Shown in pieces: positions 28,700 to 39,799 of a DNA stretch of 64,000 nt (positions are counted from its first letter, which is position 1; each line of letters opens with the position of its first letter). The stretch is from Desulfobacteraceae bacterium (GTDB lineage Bacteria > Desulfobacterota > Desulfobacteria > Desulfobacterales > JACKCP01), in contig JBFWJK010000001.1 of NCBI GenBank assembly GCA_050253255.1, positions 2,165 through 66,164 on the forward strand, in the 5' to 3' direction. Both the position numbers and the translations under genes were made by a program. The notes below the pieces were generated by a model. That model saw only the letters and a list, made by a program, of their open reading frames with translations, did no database searches and was not told the DNA's origin.

Positions 28700-31135
28700 A
28701 TGTCCGAGTCAAAAAGAGAATATAACGCAGGAAGTATAAAAATACTTGAAGGTCTTGAAGCTGTAAGGAAGAGGCCTTCAATGTATATTGGTAATACAGA
28801 TGAGCCAGGTCTTCATCATCTGGTATATGAAGTTGTGGACAACAGTATAGATGAGGCAATGGCAGGATACTGCACTGATATAGATATTAAAATTCACACA
28901 GACAACAGTGTCACAGTAACAGACAACGGAAGAGGAATTCCTGTTGATCTTCATGAAAAGGAAGGTGTTCCTGCTGCAGAAGTTGTTCTTACAAAACTTC
29001 ACGCCGGAGGAAAATTTGATAATGACACATACAAGGTGTCAGGAGGTCTTCACGGGGTGGGTATTTCAGTTGTTAATGCTCTTTCTGAAAACCTTGACAT
29101 GACTATCTGGAAAAACGGAAACATATATAATCAGAAATTTTCCAAAGGTAAAAAAATCACTGAGCTTGAAATTATTGGTTCAACTGATCAAAACGGTACA
29201 AAAATTCATTTTTCTCCGGACATAACCATAATGTCCACCAATAATTTCAACTATGAAGTTCTGTCAAGAAGAATGAGGGAATTAGCCTTTCTTAACAAGG
29301 GAATAAAAATTTCCATTGAAGATGAAAGATCAGATGAAAAAAACAGTTTCATGTACGAAGGCGGAATTAAGACCTATGTCGAGTTTTTGAATAAACACTG
29401 CTCTGCCATTCATGATCCGATAATTATAGAAGGAACTGATGAAGATGTTTTTGTAGAGGTGGCAATTCAGTATAATGATACTTTCAACGAAAAAATCTAT
29501 ACTTTTGCAAACAATATCAATACTTCTGAAGGAGGATATCATTTAAGCGGATTTAAAGGTGCTCTTACAAGAACCTTGAATAATTATGCAAACAGCGACA
29601 GTCTTCCAAAAAATCAGAGAACCAAAATATCAGGGGATGATGTAAGGGAAGGACTTTCTGCAGTAATAAGTGTAAAACTCAAAGAGCCGAAATTTGAAGG
29701 CCAGACAAAAACAAAACTTGGAAACAGTGAAGTAAAGGGTATTGTAGAATCTCTTGTAAATGAAAAACTTGCAATCTATCTTGAAGAAAATCCTTCAAAT
29801 GCAAGAAAAATTATTGCAAAGGCTGTTGAGGCTGCAAGAGCAAGGGATGCTGCAAAAAGAGCAAGAGACCTTGCAAGAAGCAAGTCAAATATAGGAGACA
29901 CGACTCTTCCTGGAAAGCTTGCTGATTGTCAGTCCAACAAACCTGAAGAAAAAGAACTTTATCTTGTTGAGGGTGATTCTGCCGGAGGTTCTGCAAAGCA
30001 GGCAAGAGACAGAAGATTTCAGGCTATCCTTCCCCTTAAAGGAAAAATATTGAATGTTGAAAAAGCCAGGTTTGACAAGCTTTTAAAATCAGATGAAATA
30101 AAAAACATGATTACAGCCCTTGGAGCCGGCATAGGAAGAGACGATTATGAAATTGAAAAAATAAGATATCATAAAATTTTCATAATGACTGACGCCGATG
30201 TTGACGGTGCTCATATAAGAACTCTTCTTTTAACCTTTTTTTACAGACATATGCCTGAAATAATTGAAAATGGATATCTGTATATAGCTCAGCCTCCTCT
30301 CTACAGAATAGGCAAAGGGAAAAAGGGAATCTATCTCAAGAATGAATCAGGATTCAACGAATATCTTGTATCAAGATTCTGTGAATTCAAATATGTTGAA
30401 TCAGGAGAAGAAAACAAAAAACTTGAAGACAGTGAAGTCTTTGAATTTCTTCTAAAACTTATAAGCCTTTACGAAAACCTTTTATCTCTCGATAACATGG
30501 GATTTGAAAAAAGAATTGTTAAAATTCTTCTTGATGAAAAGGTTTCTGACAAAGACTATCTGAAAGATGAAGAGAAAATGAGTCTTTTAAGGGATAAGTT
30601 TGAGGAAAACAATTTTGTTATTGATGAATTTATCTGGAATGAAGAAAAGGATATTTTTGAACTGACTCTTACACCGCCTGAAGTTGAAGAAGATCATGAA
30701 TCAGAAGAGTCTTCAAGAGTAAGAGAAAAAAAACCGGTAAGAATTTCAAGAAGACTTGTTTTTTCAAAGGAATATCAGAGTATCCTGTCAGACTGGAGCA
30801 TAATTGAAAAATATTATCATCTCCCTTTTTATATAGGAACAAAGGAGGGAACTTCTGTTGTAAAATGTGAGACTTTAAGGGAATTTTACAACAAGGCAAT
30901 GGAAGAAGCCAAAAAAGGAGTATCAATTCAGAGATACAAGGGTCTTGGTGAAATGAACCCTGATCAGCTGTGGGAAACTACAATGGATCCTTCTACAAGA
31001 CAGCTTCTGCAGGTAAGAATAGAAGATGCGGAGGCTGCTGATGAAATTTTTTCTCTTCTTATGGGTGATGAAGTCGAACCCAGAAGAAATTTTATTAAAA
31101 CACATGCTTTGGAAGTGTCTACCCTGGACTTTTAG
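28700..31135 (+). CDS. gyrB: DNA gyrase subunit B
   Basis: 811 aa. [61 protein letters not shown] and [11 protein letters not shown] motifs. Confidence 0.97.
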   Translation: MSESKREYNAGSIKILEGLEAVRKRPSMYIGNTDEPGLHHLVYEVVDNSIDEAMAGYCTDIDIKIHTDNSVTVTDNGRGIPVDLHEKEGVPAAEVVLTKLHAGGKFDNDTYKVSGGLHGVGISVVNALSENLDMTIWKNGNIYNQKFSKGKKITELEIIGSTDQNGTKIHFSPDITIMSTNNFNYEVLSRRMRELAFLNKGIKISIEDERSDEKNSFMYEGGIKTYVEFLNKHCSAIHDPIIIEGTDEDVFVEVAIQYNDTFNEKIYTFANNINTSEGGYHLSGFKGALTRTLNNYANSDSLPKNQRTKISGDDVREGLSAVISVKLKEPKFEGQTKTKLGNSEVKGIVESLVNEKLAIYLEENPSNARKIIAKAVEAARARDAAKRARDLARSKSNIGDTTLPGKLADCQSNKPEEKELYLVEGDSAGGSAKQARDRRFQAILPLKGKILNVEKARFDKLLKSDEIKNMITALGAGIGRDDYEIEKIRYHKIFIMTDADVDGAHIRTLLLTFFYRHMPEIIENGYLYIAQPPLYRIGKGKKGIYLKNESGFNEYLVSRFCEFKYVESGEENKKLEDSEVFEFLLKLISLYENLLSLDNMGFEKRIVKILLDEKVSDKDYLKDEEKMSLLRDKFEENNFVIDEFIWNEEKDIFELTLTPPEVEEDHESEESSRVREKKPVRISRRLVFSKEYQSILSDWSIIEKYYHLPFYIGTKEGTSVVKCETLREFYNKAMEEAKKGVSIQRYKGLGEMNPDQLWETTMDPSTRQLLQVRIEDAEAADEIFSLLMGDEVEPRRNFIKTHALEVSTLDF

Positions 31136-31151
31136 TCTGCTGAGGTCGTAA

Positions 31152-33194
31152 ATGAAAAACTTGAAGCTTTCTTTAAAAATAGGCTTGAGCCTTGGAACTG
31201 TTCTTTTTATTGTCGCTGTTCTTTTTGGCGTAACAATAATTAAAATGAAGTCAATACAGACTGAGTCATTAATTCTTCAAAATGAGTTTATGCCTGATGT
31301 CTCAGTTTATACAAATATTGAAAGAAGCCTTAATAATACTGTTTATTCAATGAGAGGTTATATTTACACCAGGGATAAAAAATTTTTTAATGAAGTTGAA
31401 AATAACTTTTCCGCTGTAAAAGAATATATAAAAGAGGCTGTAAAATTATCTGAAAAAGCGGTTAATATACCGGGGGTTAAAGATTCTGTAAGAGTTCTTG
31501 ATCAGCAGATGAAAGCTTTTGAAGAAATAATTAATAACTCATCTGAAAAAATTGAAAATATAGAAATACACAAAAATAAACTTAACTCTGCATCAGAGGT
31601 ATACAGATCCAATTGTCTTGAATTTCTTGAGTCAGCTAAAAAAATGTATGCTGATGAAATATCAGGAAATAATCCTGATATAGATAAAATATCAGAATAT
31701 TTTGACAAGATTTCTTTAATCAATGACATTGTTTCCTTTGGCACCCTTCTTGAAAAAAAAGCTGAAAAGGCTTTTGCTGAGAGAAATATTTCACTTTTAA
31801 AAGAATCGGTAAATATATTTGACCTGATTTTAAATGATGTGGATATGCTTGAACTTTCAAGTTCTGACAATGAATCTCTTGAAAAAATAAAAGGTATAAA
31901 AAAAGGGGCGGTTGCATTCAAGGAATCTGCAAATATTCTGATTTCTAGTTTTGAATCTCTTGATGTTTTTGAATCAAGGCTAAACGATTCGGCTGAAAAA
32001 ATTCTTGAAACTGCAGCTTCATCAGTAAAAAAAGATATAAATAACACAATAAAGACAGTTGAAAATACTGCTTTAAAAATAAATCTTGCTTCAAAAAGAA
32101 TTATTATGGGGTTTATTTTAACCTTGCTTATAAGTATAGGTTTTGGTTTTTTTCTGACCAGAGCCATTACAAAACCGGTTTATGAAAGTCTTTCCTTTTC
32201 AGAAAAAATGGCTAAAGGAGATTTTACTGCAAGTTTAAATCTAGACAGAAAAGATGAGATTGGAAAGCTTATGATATCATTTGACAGGACAAAGAAAGAT
32301 CTTGGACAGATGATGTCTGAAATATCTGGCACAGCAAATTCATTATTCGAATCTTCAGATGAACTTAATAAAATATCTGATTCAGCTAAAGAAACAGTTG
32401 CAAGTCTTGTTGAAAAATCTAAATCTGTCACTTCAGCTGCGGGTAAAATGAGAGACAATATGTTAAACCTGACAGAGACAATGGACAATACTTCATCAAA
32501 TGTAAATATGGTTTCTGTAGCTGCCGAAGAAATGAGCTCCACTATCAATGAAATAGCCCTTAACACATCAAAGGCAAGAGATATAAGCAAAGAGGCGGTT
32601 GAATGCAGTGAAAAAACAGGTTATCAGGTTGTTCAGCTCAAAGAGGCTGCTGAAGAAATTGACAGAGTAATAGAGGTTATAACCGATATATCTGAACAGA
32701 CCAATCTTTTGGCTTTAAATGCCACAATAGAGGCTTCCAGAGCCGGCGAAGCAGGGAGAGGGTTTGCTGTTGTAGCTTCTGAAATAAAAGAGCTTGCATC
32801 ACAGACTGTAAAGGCTACAGAAGAGATAAAATCTAAAATTTCCGGAATTCAGACAAATACAGATATTACGGTTAAGGGTATAAATGATATTGGCTCAATC
32901 ATATCCGGTATTGACGAAATTGTTTCCACAATAGCATCAGCTGTAGAAGAACAGTCTGTATCAACCAGCGAAATTGCAAACAATATTTCCAAAGCTTCCA
33001 GAGGTCTTGATAAGGTAAATGAAAATATAAAGCAGAGCTCTGATTTTGCCAGATCAATAGCAAATGATATTTCTGAAGTAGACGGTTTTGCAGATATGAT
33101 AACAAACAGAACAAACAGACTGTCAGACAGCGCAGAAGTCCTCGGTAAATTTGCAGTAAAGCTTCAGCAGGCAGTTGGAAAATTCAGGTTTTAA
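31152..33194 (+). CDS. Methyl-accepting chemotaxis protein
   Basis: 680 aa. N-terminal TM, ~290-aa periplasmic sensor, second TM, HAMP, and the conserved signalling hairpin [35 protein letters not shown]. Confidence 0.9.
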   Translation: MKNLKLSLKIGLSLGTVLFIVAVLFGVTIIKMKSIQTESLILQNEFMPDVSVYTNIERSLNNTVYSMRGYIYTRDKKFFNEVENNFSAVKEYIKEAVKLSEKAVNIPGVKDSVRVLDQQMKAFEEIINNSSEKIENIEIHKNKLNSASEVYRSNCLEFLESAKKMYADEISGNNPDIDKISEYFDKISLINDIVSFGTLLEKKAEKAFAERNISLLKESVNIFDLILNDVDMLELSSSDNESLEKIKGIKKGAVAFKESANILISSFESLDVFESRLNDSAEKILETAASSVKKDINNTIKTVENTALKINLASKRIIMGFILTLLISIGFGFFLTRAITKPVYESLSFSEKMAKGDFTASLNLDRKDEIGKLMISFDRTKKDLGQMMSEISGTANSLFESSDELNKISDSAKETVASLVEKSKSVTSAAGKMRDNMLNLTETMDNTSSNVNMVSVAAEEMSSTINEIALNTSKARDISKEAVECSEKTGYQVVQLKEAAEEIDRVIEVITDISEQTNLLALNATIEASRAGEAGRGFAVVASEIKELASQTVKATEEIKSKISGIQTNTDITVKGINDIGSIISGIDEIVSTIASAVEEQSVSTSEIANNISKASRGLDKVNENIKQSSDFARSIANDISEVDGFADMITNRTNRLSDSAEVLGKFAVKLQQAVGKFRF

Positions 33195-33737
33195 TATTTT
33201 TGTTCTATAGCAGATTTTGTTTTTGAAATTATAAGGCTGATAAAGGTAATATAAAACTTTGAATAGAGGGTTTTTGTATTCTTTTATTTTTAATGAAATT
33301 TCATAAATCATTATAATTTATCCTTTATGTTAAGCCAGAACTGATTAACAGATTCTTTCCATCCTGAAACAATTTTAATAATGTCAGAATTTTTCCCTCC
33401 ATTATTTTTTTGTTTTAATATAAGGATCTTTATAAATTATTTCCAGGCTTTTCATCTAAAGTAATATCTTTACCAATCTTTATTTAATGCATAAATCAAA
33501 TAAGAATAATGAAGTGATTTGGACCATTAAGGACCTGGTTTTTTGCCATTAGTACCTCCGTATAAAAAAAATTAAACGTATTAAAATTCTGGTATGTAAT
33601 ATTTACCAGAAGAAAAAGCTATGATCAGTACTGATGAACTGGTATATGAATAAATTTTAAAATTTAAATAACAATTTTATATAAAAAAATGATAATGAAT
33701 TTAGCTGTTTATATTGTGATGAAAAGGATGTTTAAAT

Positions 33738-34646
33738 ATGAATAAACTTAAAGAGTTAAAAATTGTCTTTGAATCTGAAAATGATCCGGAAATGATATCT
33801 GAGCTGATTGCAGACTGTTTTTACAGAAACAATATAACCGGAGTTGTAATAGAAACTCCTGTAGAACTTACTGATGAATGGGGAGAAGACCCGGTTGTGA
33901 GTGATAATTTTTCAGTTTCAGGTTATATAAGCTCCCTGGAATCTGAAAAAATTGAATTAATTAGAAAAGATGTTTCAGACATTTTAAGAGATTTTAATGT
34001 TAATACAGATTTTCAAATAAAAGATATTTTAGAGGAAGACTGGTCCAGTTCATGGAAAGAGTTTTTCTATCCAGTTGAAATTTCTGAAAATATTGTAATA
34101 AAGCCGACCTGGAGGGAACTGGAAAAGGATTATAAAATAGTTATAAATATTGATCCTGGGATGGCTTTTGGCAGCGGATCGCACGCAACTACAAGTCTTT
34201 GTGTAAAAATGATTGAGGAAACAGTTAAAAAAAATGATAAGGTTCTTGATATTGGATGCGGATCCGGAATTTTGATGATTGCCGCAGAAAAATGCGGAGC
34301 CTCTTTTGTTACAGGAATTGACAATGATGTAACAGCTGTGGAAATTTCAAAAGAAAATATGAAACTGAACAATACAGATCCTTCAAAATATGTTGTATTC
34401 AGCTCCAACCTTTTAAGTTCTGTAAAAGGGAAGTTTGATGTAGTCACTGCCAATATTCTTGCTGAGGTAATAGTTGAACTCATTCCCGATCTTTTATTTG
34501 TTTCAAAGGAAAATACAAAATTTATTTTTTCAGGAATAATTGAAGATAAAAAGGATATGGTAATAAAAAAAATGGAAGAATTTAATATAAAGCCTGAAAA
34601 AATATACAATGATAATGGATGGATTGCAATCAGAGGATCTTTTTGA
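33738..34646 (+). CDS. prmA: Ribosomal protein L11 methyltransferase
   Basis: 302 aa. DWSSSWKEFFYP, IDPGMAFGSGSHATT and VLDIGCGSGIL motifs of PrmA. Confidence 0.9.
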   Translation: MNKLKELKIVFESENDPEMISELIADCFYRNNITGVVIETPVELTDEWGEDPVVSDNFSVSGYISSLESEKIELIRKDVSDILRDFNVNTDFQIKDILEEDWSSSWKEFFYPVEISENIVIKPTWRELEKDYKIVINIDPGMAFGSGSHATTSLCVKMIEETVKKNDKVLDIGCGSGILMIAAEKCGASFVTGIDNDVTAVEISKENMKLNNTDPSKYVVFSSNLLSSVKGKFDVVTANILAEVIVELIPDLLFVSKENTKFIFSGIIEDKKDMVIKKMEEFNIKPEKIYNDNGWIAIRGSF

Positions 34647-34775
34647 ATAATATCTTTTGGCTGAACCAAAACGGTCTTTTTTGTCGGTTTTCGGATGTCA
34701 ATAATTTGGTAATGTTTAAAAATTTTGTTTGATTCTGTTTTTATAAAAAAGAAATTTAATAATCGGAAAAAATAA

Positions 34776-37271
34776 ATGAGATATAAAAATTTGTATTTAA
34801 ATATTAACAACCCGGGAACTTATCTTGGAAATGAAGTAAATGCTGTAAAAAAAAATGATGAAGAAGTTCTTTTAAATTTTGCTCTTGCATTTCCAGACCT
34901 CTACGAGATCGGATCATCACACTTCGGAATTCAGATTCTTTACGATATTTTAAACAGTCACAAGGATATTTATGCTCAAAGGGTTTTTGTTCCGTCACCC
35001 GACATGAGAGATCAGCTGATAGAAAATAATATTTCAATCGGAGGACTTGAAACCAAGAAACCATTAAAAGAATTTGATATTATAGGTTTTTCTCTTTTAT
35101 ATGAACTAAACTATACAGGAGTTCTCGAAATTCTGGATCTTGGAAATATACCTTTTTATTCCTCACAAAGGGATGAAAGTTTTCCCCTTGTAATTGCAGG
35201 TGGACCTTGCATGGTGAATCCTGAGCCTGTTGCAGATTTTTTTGATTTCGTGCTCGTAGGTGACGGAGAAGAGGCAATACTTGAAATATCAGAAAAAATA
35301 ATTGAATGGAAAAAAAACACCAGCAGAAAAAAATACGATCTGTTGTATTCGGTAAAAGATATAAAAGGTGTTTATGTTCCTTTGTTTTTTGAAGATAAAA
35401 AAAATAAAAATCTGTTTATTGATTATAAATATGACGAATATTCAAAGGTTGAAAAAAGAAAAATAACAGATCTGGAAGATGCGCCTTTTCCTGTAGCACC
35501 TGTAATACCATACGGAAGGCCTGTTCATGACAGATTAAGACTGGAAATTTCAAGGGGATGCACAAGAGGCTGCAGATTTTGCCAGGCTGGAATGATTTAC
35601 AGGCCAGTAAGGGAAAGAAGCGTTAAAAAGCTTCTGGAAATTGCAGAAAAATCGATTGAAAACACCGGGTATGAGGATTTATCTCTGTTATCTCTGAGTA
35701 CGGGAGACTACACATGTTTTCCTGAATTATTGTTTTTTCTCATGAAAAGATACATGAAAGAGGCAAGGTCTGTTTCTCTTCCTTCTATAAGAGCCGGAAG
35801 GCTTACAAAAGAGCTGATGGAAGAAATTCAGAAGGTCAGAAAAACCGGTTTTACTATTGCACCCGAAGCTGGCTCACAAAGACTGAGAGACGTCATTAAC
35901 AAGGACCTCAGTGAGGAAGAAATTGTAAATACTGTAAAAAGTGCCTTTGACATGGGGTGGCAGATAATAAAGCTTTATTTCATGACAGGTCTTCCAACTG
36001 AGACAAGGGAAGATCTTGATGAACTGATTATGCTGGTAAAAAAACTCAAGTTTCTTCCTGAAGCGAGAAGATGTCAGATTAATGTAAGTCTCACAACTTT
36101 TATACCAAAACCCCATACTCCTTTTCAATGGGAAAGACTGTTAAGCCGTGAAGAGTCGATGGAAAACTTTCTTTATCTTAAAAACAACCTTAAAATAAAG
36201 GGAGTGAGTGTAAAGTGGCAGGATCCTGAACATACAAGACTTGAAGGTCTTTTTTCAAGAGGCGACAGATCTCTTGCTCCTCTTATAGTGAAGGCTTATG
36301 AATCAGGATGTCATCTTGACGGATGGACAGAGCATTTTAATTATGAAAAATGGATAGAGTGTGTTGAAAGTCTTGGAATTGATATAGACAGATTTATAGA
36401 TAAAAGAGATACCAAATCAACCCTACCCTGGGATAAAATAGATATTGGAGTTACAAAAAAATATTTATTGAGAGAACTTGAAAATTCAAAAAAAGCTGTT
36501 GTTACAAAAGACTGCCGAATTTCTGACTGCAGCGGATGCGGTGTATGTGACTTTAAAAAAATATATCCGAAAATTTTTGATAAATCAGGTGTTATTGAAG
36601 AAATTAATGAAACAGAACGGTTATCGGATGAAATAGAAAAAAATATTTACAGACTTAAAATTTTATTTGAAAAAAGAGGAAATGCGGCATATTTCGGGCA
36701 TCTTGAGTTAATAGGTATATTTCAGAGAGCTTTTGACAGATGCAGATTGAAATTTGATTTTACCAAAGGTTTTCATCCAAAACCTAAAATGAATTTCAAA
36801 GATGCTCTCCCCCTTGGAATGGAAAGCTTTTGTGAGGTAATGACTGTTGACTGTTACGATACTGATATTGAAAAACTTCTTTTTAATCTCAATAAAACCC
36901 TTCCTGAGGGTTTATATGTAAAAGATATCGAAAAAAGAGATAAAAAATTCAAATTTTATCCCGATTATATATCTATATATGAAGTTAACTTGAATAATAT
37001 AGAAAATTATGTAAATAAGATAAGTGAATTCAATTTGTTAAATAAATTTGAAATAACTCTTTTAAAAAAGAAAAAACCACGGGTATATGACCTTAAATCC
37101 TGGTTTGATAAAGTTGAAATAACAGACACAGATAAAATAAAAATGAAAATTTTATCTGAAAATGGTAAAACATTAAGACCAGAAGTTTTTCTTACCCATG
37201 TTTTAAGTTTGAATAAAGAAGATACAAGAAAATTAAAAATATATAAAATTCAAGAAATGGACAAAGTTTAA
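34776..37271 (+). CDS. Fused radical SAM protein (TIGR03960-type N-terminal part plus TIGR03936/DUF2344-type C-terminal part)
   Basis: 831 aa. B12-binding-like N-terminus, cluster motif CTRGCRFC, then a C-terminal ~200-aa DUF2344-like region (AAYFGHLELIGIFQRAFDR). The stop overlaps the rng start by 1 nt (TAATG). Confidence 0.8.
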   Translation: MRYKNLYLNINNPGTYLGNEVNAVKKNDEEVLLNFALAFPDLYEIGSSHFGIQILYDILNSHKDIYAQRVFVPSPDMRDQLIENNISIGGLETKKPLKEFDIIGFSLLYELNYTGVLEILDLGNIPFYSSQRDESFPLVIAGGPCMVNPEPVADFFDFVLVGDGEEAILEISEKIIEWKKNTSRKKYDLLYSVKDIKGVYVPLFFEDKKNKNLFIDYKYDEYSKVEKRKITDLEDAPFPVAPVIPYGRPVHDRLRLEISRGCTRGCRFCQAGMIYRPVRERSVKKLLEIAEKSIENTGYEDLSLLSLSTGDYTCFPELLFFLMKRYMKEARSVSLPSIRAGRLTKELMEEIQKVRKTGFTIAPEAGSQRLRDVINKDLSEEEIVNTVKSAFDMGWQIIKLYFMTGLPTETREDLDELIMLVKKLKFLPEARRCQINVSLTTFIPKPHTPFQWERLLSREESMENFLYLKNNLKIKGVSVKWQDPEHTRLEGLFSRGDRSLAPLIVKAYESGCHLDGWTEHFNYEKWIECVESLGIDIDRFIDKRDTKSTLPWDKIDIGVTKKYLLRELENSKKAVVTKDCRISDCSGCGVCDFKKIYPKIFDKSGVIEEINETERLSDEIEKNIYRLKILFEKRGNAAYFGHLELIGIFQRAFDRCRLKFDFTKGFHPKPKMNFKDALPLGMESFCEVMTVDCYDTDIEKLLFNLNKTLPEGLYVKDIEKRDKKFKFYPDYISIYEVNLNNIENYVNKISEFNLLNKFEITLLKKKKPRVYDLKSWFDKVEITDTDKIKMKILSENGKTLRPEVFLTHVLSLNKEDTRKLKIYKIQEMDKV

Positions 37272-38830
37272 TGGAAAAAGAGCTGATTATTAATGCATCT
37301 TTGCATGAAACAAGAGTAGCTCTTCTGGAAAACGGTATTTTATCGGAACTTTTTATTGAAAGGGGAATTGACGAAAACATTGTCGGAAGCATTTACAAGG
37401 GGAAAATACAAAGAGTACTTCCCGGAATGCAGGCAGCTTTTGTTGAAATAGGACTTGAAAAAGCGGCTTTTCTTTATGTAGACGATGTTATTCAGACAGA
37501 TAATCTAAACCTTGAAAGCGAAGAATTCTTAGAAAAATTCAGCGGTGATACAGCCGATGAAAACTATGATTCAGACGGTTTCGCAGTATCAGATCCGGAA
37601 GAGGAAAATTTTAAAATTCAGTCTGTGTTAAAGGAAGGGCAGGAAATAGTTGTCCAGGTATCCAAAGGTCCTATGGGAACCAAAGGTGCAAGGGTAACAA
37701 CTCATATTTCCATACCGGGACGTTATCTTGTCCTTATGCCCACAATAAACCACATAGGTGTTTCAAGAAGAATAGGAGATTCCTCGGAAAGGGAAAGATT
37801 AAGAAAAGTTCTTGAAACTGAAAGAATGAACAATTACGGGTTTATTTTAAGAACAGCAGCTGAAGGCATAGAGGAAGAAGCAGTTATAAGAGAAATGAGA
37901 TTTCTTGAAAAACTCTGGAAATCGATTGTGGAAAAAAATAAGATAAAGTCTCCTCCTGTATGTCTTCACAGAGATCTTTCAGTCACTTTAAGAGCAGTAA
38001 GAGACCTTCTTACACACGAAGTAAACAAGGTTGTTATTGACATAAAGGACGGATACAAGGCTGTAAAGAATTTCTTAAAAAAGCATATGGTTGATTTTCC
38101 TGTCAAAGTCGAGCTTTTTCAGGGTAAGGAACCTATTTTTGATGCCTACAATATTGAAGGTGATATTCAAAGAGCATTAAAAAAGAAAGTATGGCTGAAA
38201 TCGGGCGGATATCTGATAATTGAACATACTGAAGCTCTTGTTGCAATAGATGTCAATACCGGAAGATATGTAGGAAAGCAGAATTTTGAAGAAACTATTT
38301 TAAAGACAAATCTTGAAGCTGTTAAGGAAATTTCATATCAGATCAGACTTAGAAACTTATGCGGAATAATTATTATTGATTTTATTGATATGGAAGAGAC
38401 TGAAAATCAGGAAAGGGTTTTCAGAGCCCTGAAGGAAGCTCTCAAGAAGGATAAGACAAAAACCTATGTCCTTCCAATGACAGAGCTTGGTCTTATTCAG
38501 ATGACAAGAAAAAGGGAAAGAAGGTCTCTTAATTCGACTCTTTGTCAGTCCTGCCCTTATTGTGAAGGAAGAGGGTTTTTAAACTCAGGAAAAACAATAT
38601 GTTATAATATTGTAAGAGATGTGAAAAGAAAAGCTGTTGATATGCAGGGAGAATCATTTACAATAAGATGCAATCCTGAAATTGCTGCCCTTCTTCATGG
38701 AGAGGAAGCAAAAATACTTCAGATTATTGAAGAGTTCACTGATAAACCTGTTGTTGTTTATCCTGTTTCAACCTATTTCAGAGAACAATTCGATATTATA
38801 GAAAATTTGAGAAAACCGGAATCCTGGTAG
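37271..38830 (+). CDS. rng: Ribonuclease G/E family endoribonuclease
   Basis: 519 aa. S1 domain (GSIYKGKIQRVLPGMQAAFVEIG), TEALVAIDVNTG and IIIIDFIDM catalytic motifs. Confidence 0.9.
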   Translation: MEKELIINASLHETRVALLENGILSELFIERGIDENIVGSIYKGKIQRVLPGMQAAFVEIGLEKAAFLYVDDVIQTDNLNLESEEFLEKFSGDTADENYDSDGFAVSDPEEENFKIQSVLKEGQEIVVQVSKGPMGTKGARVTTHISIPGRYLVLMPTINHIGVSRRIGDSSERERLRKVLETERMNNYGFILRTAAEGIEEEAVIREMRFLEKLWKSIVEKNKIKSPPVCLHRDLSVTLRAVRDLLTHEVNKVVIDIKDGYKAVKNFLKKHMVDFPVKVELFQGKEPIFDAYNIEGDIQRALKKKVWLKSGGYLIIEHTEALVAIDVNTGRYVGKQNFEETILKTNLEAVKEISYQIRLRNLCGIIIIDFIDMEETENQERVFRALKEALKKDKTKTYVLPMTELGLIQMTRKRERRSLNSTLCQSCPYCEGRGFLNSGKTICYNIVRDVKRKAVDMQGESFTIRCNPEIAALLHGEEAKILQIIEEFTDKPVVVYPVSTYFREQFDIIENLRKPESW

Positions 38831-38964
38831 ATTTATAATCTATTTTATTTTATCTGATGGAAAAAATTGACAAATCCAATATATTATGGTTATTTGTTCA
38901 GGTTAATGTTGATGATAAATGATTTAAATGTAACAAATATTAGAAATTACAAGGAAAGTTAATT

Positions 38965-39099
38965 ATGAAACGCACATTTCAGCCCAGCAAAATTAAAAGA
39001 GCAAGAAGACACGGATTCAGACACAGAATGTCTACAGTTGGGGGAAGGGCCATTATAAGAAGAAGAAGAGCTAAAGGCCGCAAAAGACTCTCAGCTTAA
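38965..39099 (+). CDS. rpmH: 50S ribosomal protein L34
   Basis: Not in the ORF track (44 aa). Hand translation gives [44 protein letters not shown], and an AAGGAAAG RBS lies upstream. Confidence 0.95.
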   Translation: MKRTFQPSKIKRARRHGFRHRMSTVGGRAIIRRRRAKGRKRLSA

Positions 39100-39117
39100 T
39101 AAAGCAAAATTTGAAAA

Positions 39118-39152
39118 ACTGGTATTTTTGTAAAACAGATACCAGTTTTCTT
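39118..39152 (+). terminator. Hairpin plus T-run between rpmH and rnpA (terminator/attenuator)
   Basis: ACTGGTAT (39118-39125) pairs with ATACCAGT (39139-39146), followed by TTTTCTT. Confidence 0.5.
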
Positions 39153-39190
39153 ATATCTGAAGATAAAAATTTAAATATTTAAGATATACT

Positions 39191-39553
39191 TTGGCAGAAT
39201 ACAAATTTGATAAATCCCGGCGTCTTTTAAAGAGACATGATTTTCTAAAACTTGCAGATTTCGGAAATGTCAGTCATTCCAAATACTTTATTGGTGTTTA
39301 CGGAAAAAAGGACAAAACCTCCGATTTGGGCAGGATAGGTATTACTGTGTCAAAAAAAGTGGGGAATTCTGTTGAAAGAAACAGAATAAAACGTCTTGTC
39401 AGGGAATACTGGAGGCTTAATCAGCACGCATTGGAATCTATTCCGGATATAAATATAATTGCCAAAAAAAATGCCTCTTCCAAGGATTCCAGAGAAATTT
39501 TCAAATCTCTTTTTATTCTTTTCAAAAAAATAGGTGAAAGTAAAAATGGCTAA
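39191..39553 (+). CDS. rnpA: Ribonuclease P protein component
   Basis: 120 aa. Position after rpmH, and the basic RNR-like motif ([23 protein letters not shown]). TTG start. Confidence 0.85.
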   Translation: MAEYKFDKSRRLLKRHDFLKLADFGNVSHSKYFIGVYGKKDKTSDLGRIGITVSKKVGNSVERNRIKRLVREYWRLNQHALESIPDINIIAKKNASSKDSREIFKSLFILFKKIGESKNG

Positions 39554-39758
39554 GAAATTTTTTCTTTTGCTGATACGTTTCTATCAGCTGGCAATATCCC
39601 CTTATCTTGGAAATAACTGCAGATTTTACCCAACCTGTTCTGCATACTCATATCAGGCCATAGAAAAATACGGGATAATCAAGGGTTTGTTTTTATCTGT
39701 AAAACGAATACTGAAATGCAATCCTTTTCACCCTGGAGGATATGATCCTCTTTTATAA
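39546..39758 (+). CDS. yidD: Membrane protein insertion efficiency factor YidD
   Basis: [37 protein letters not shown]...[15 protein letters not shown] is the YidD signature. ATG at 39546 is preferred over GTG at 39534. Confidence 0.9.
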   Translation: MAKKFFLLLIRFYQLAISPYLGNNCRFYPTCSAYSYQAIEKYGIIKGLFLSVKRILKCNPFHPGGYDPLL

Positions 39759-39799
39759 GGATTGTTTTATTAAAACTTTAAAAATTTTGATGAGGAAAT

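Noticed and set aside
31502-32590. 221-aa and 136-aa minus-strand ORFs inside the MCP gene
   Set aside because: They are antisense to a strongly supported MCP. Their Ser/Ile/Phe-rich translations have no recognisable domains.
34130-34810. 226-aa minus-strand ORF
   Set aside because: It is antisense to prmA, whose translation carries clear methyltransferase motifs. It is a shadow ORF.
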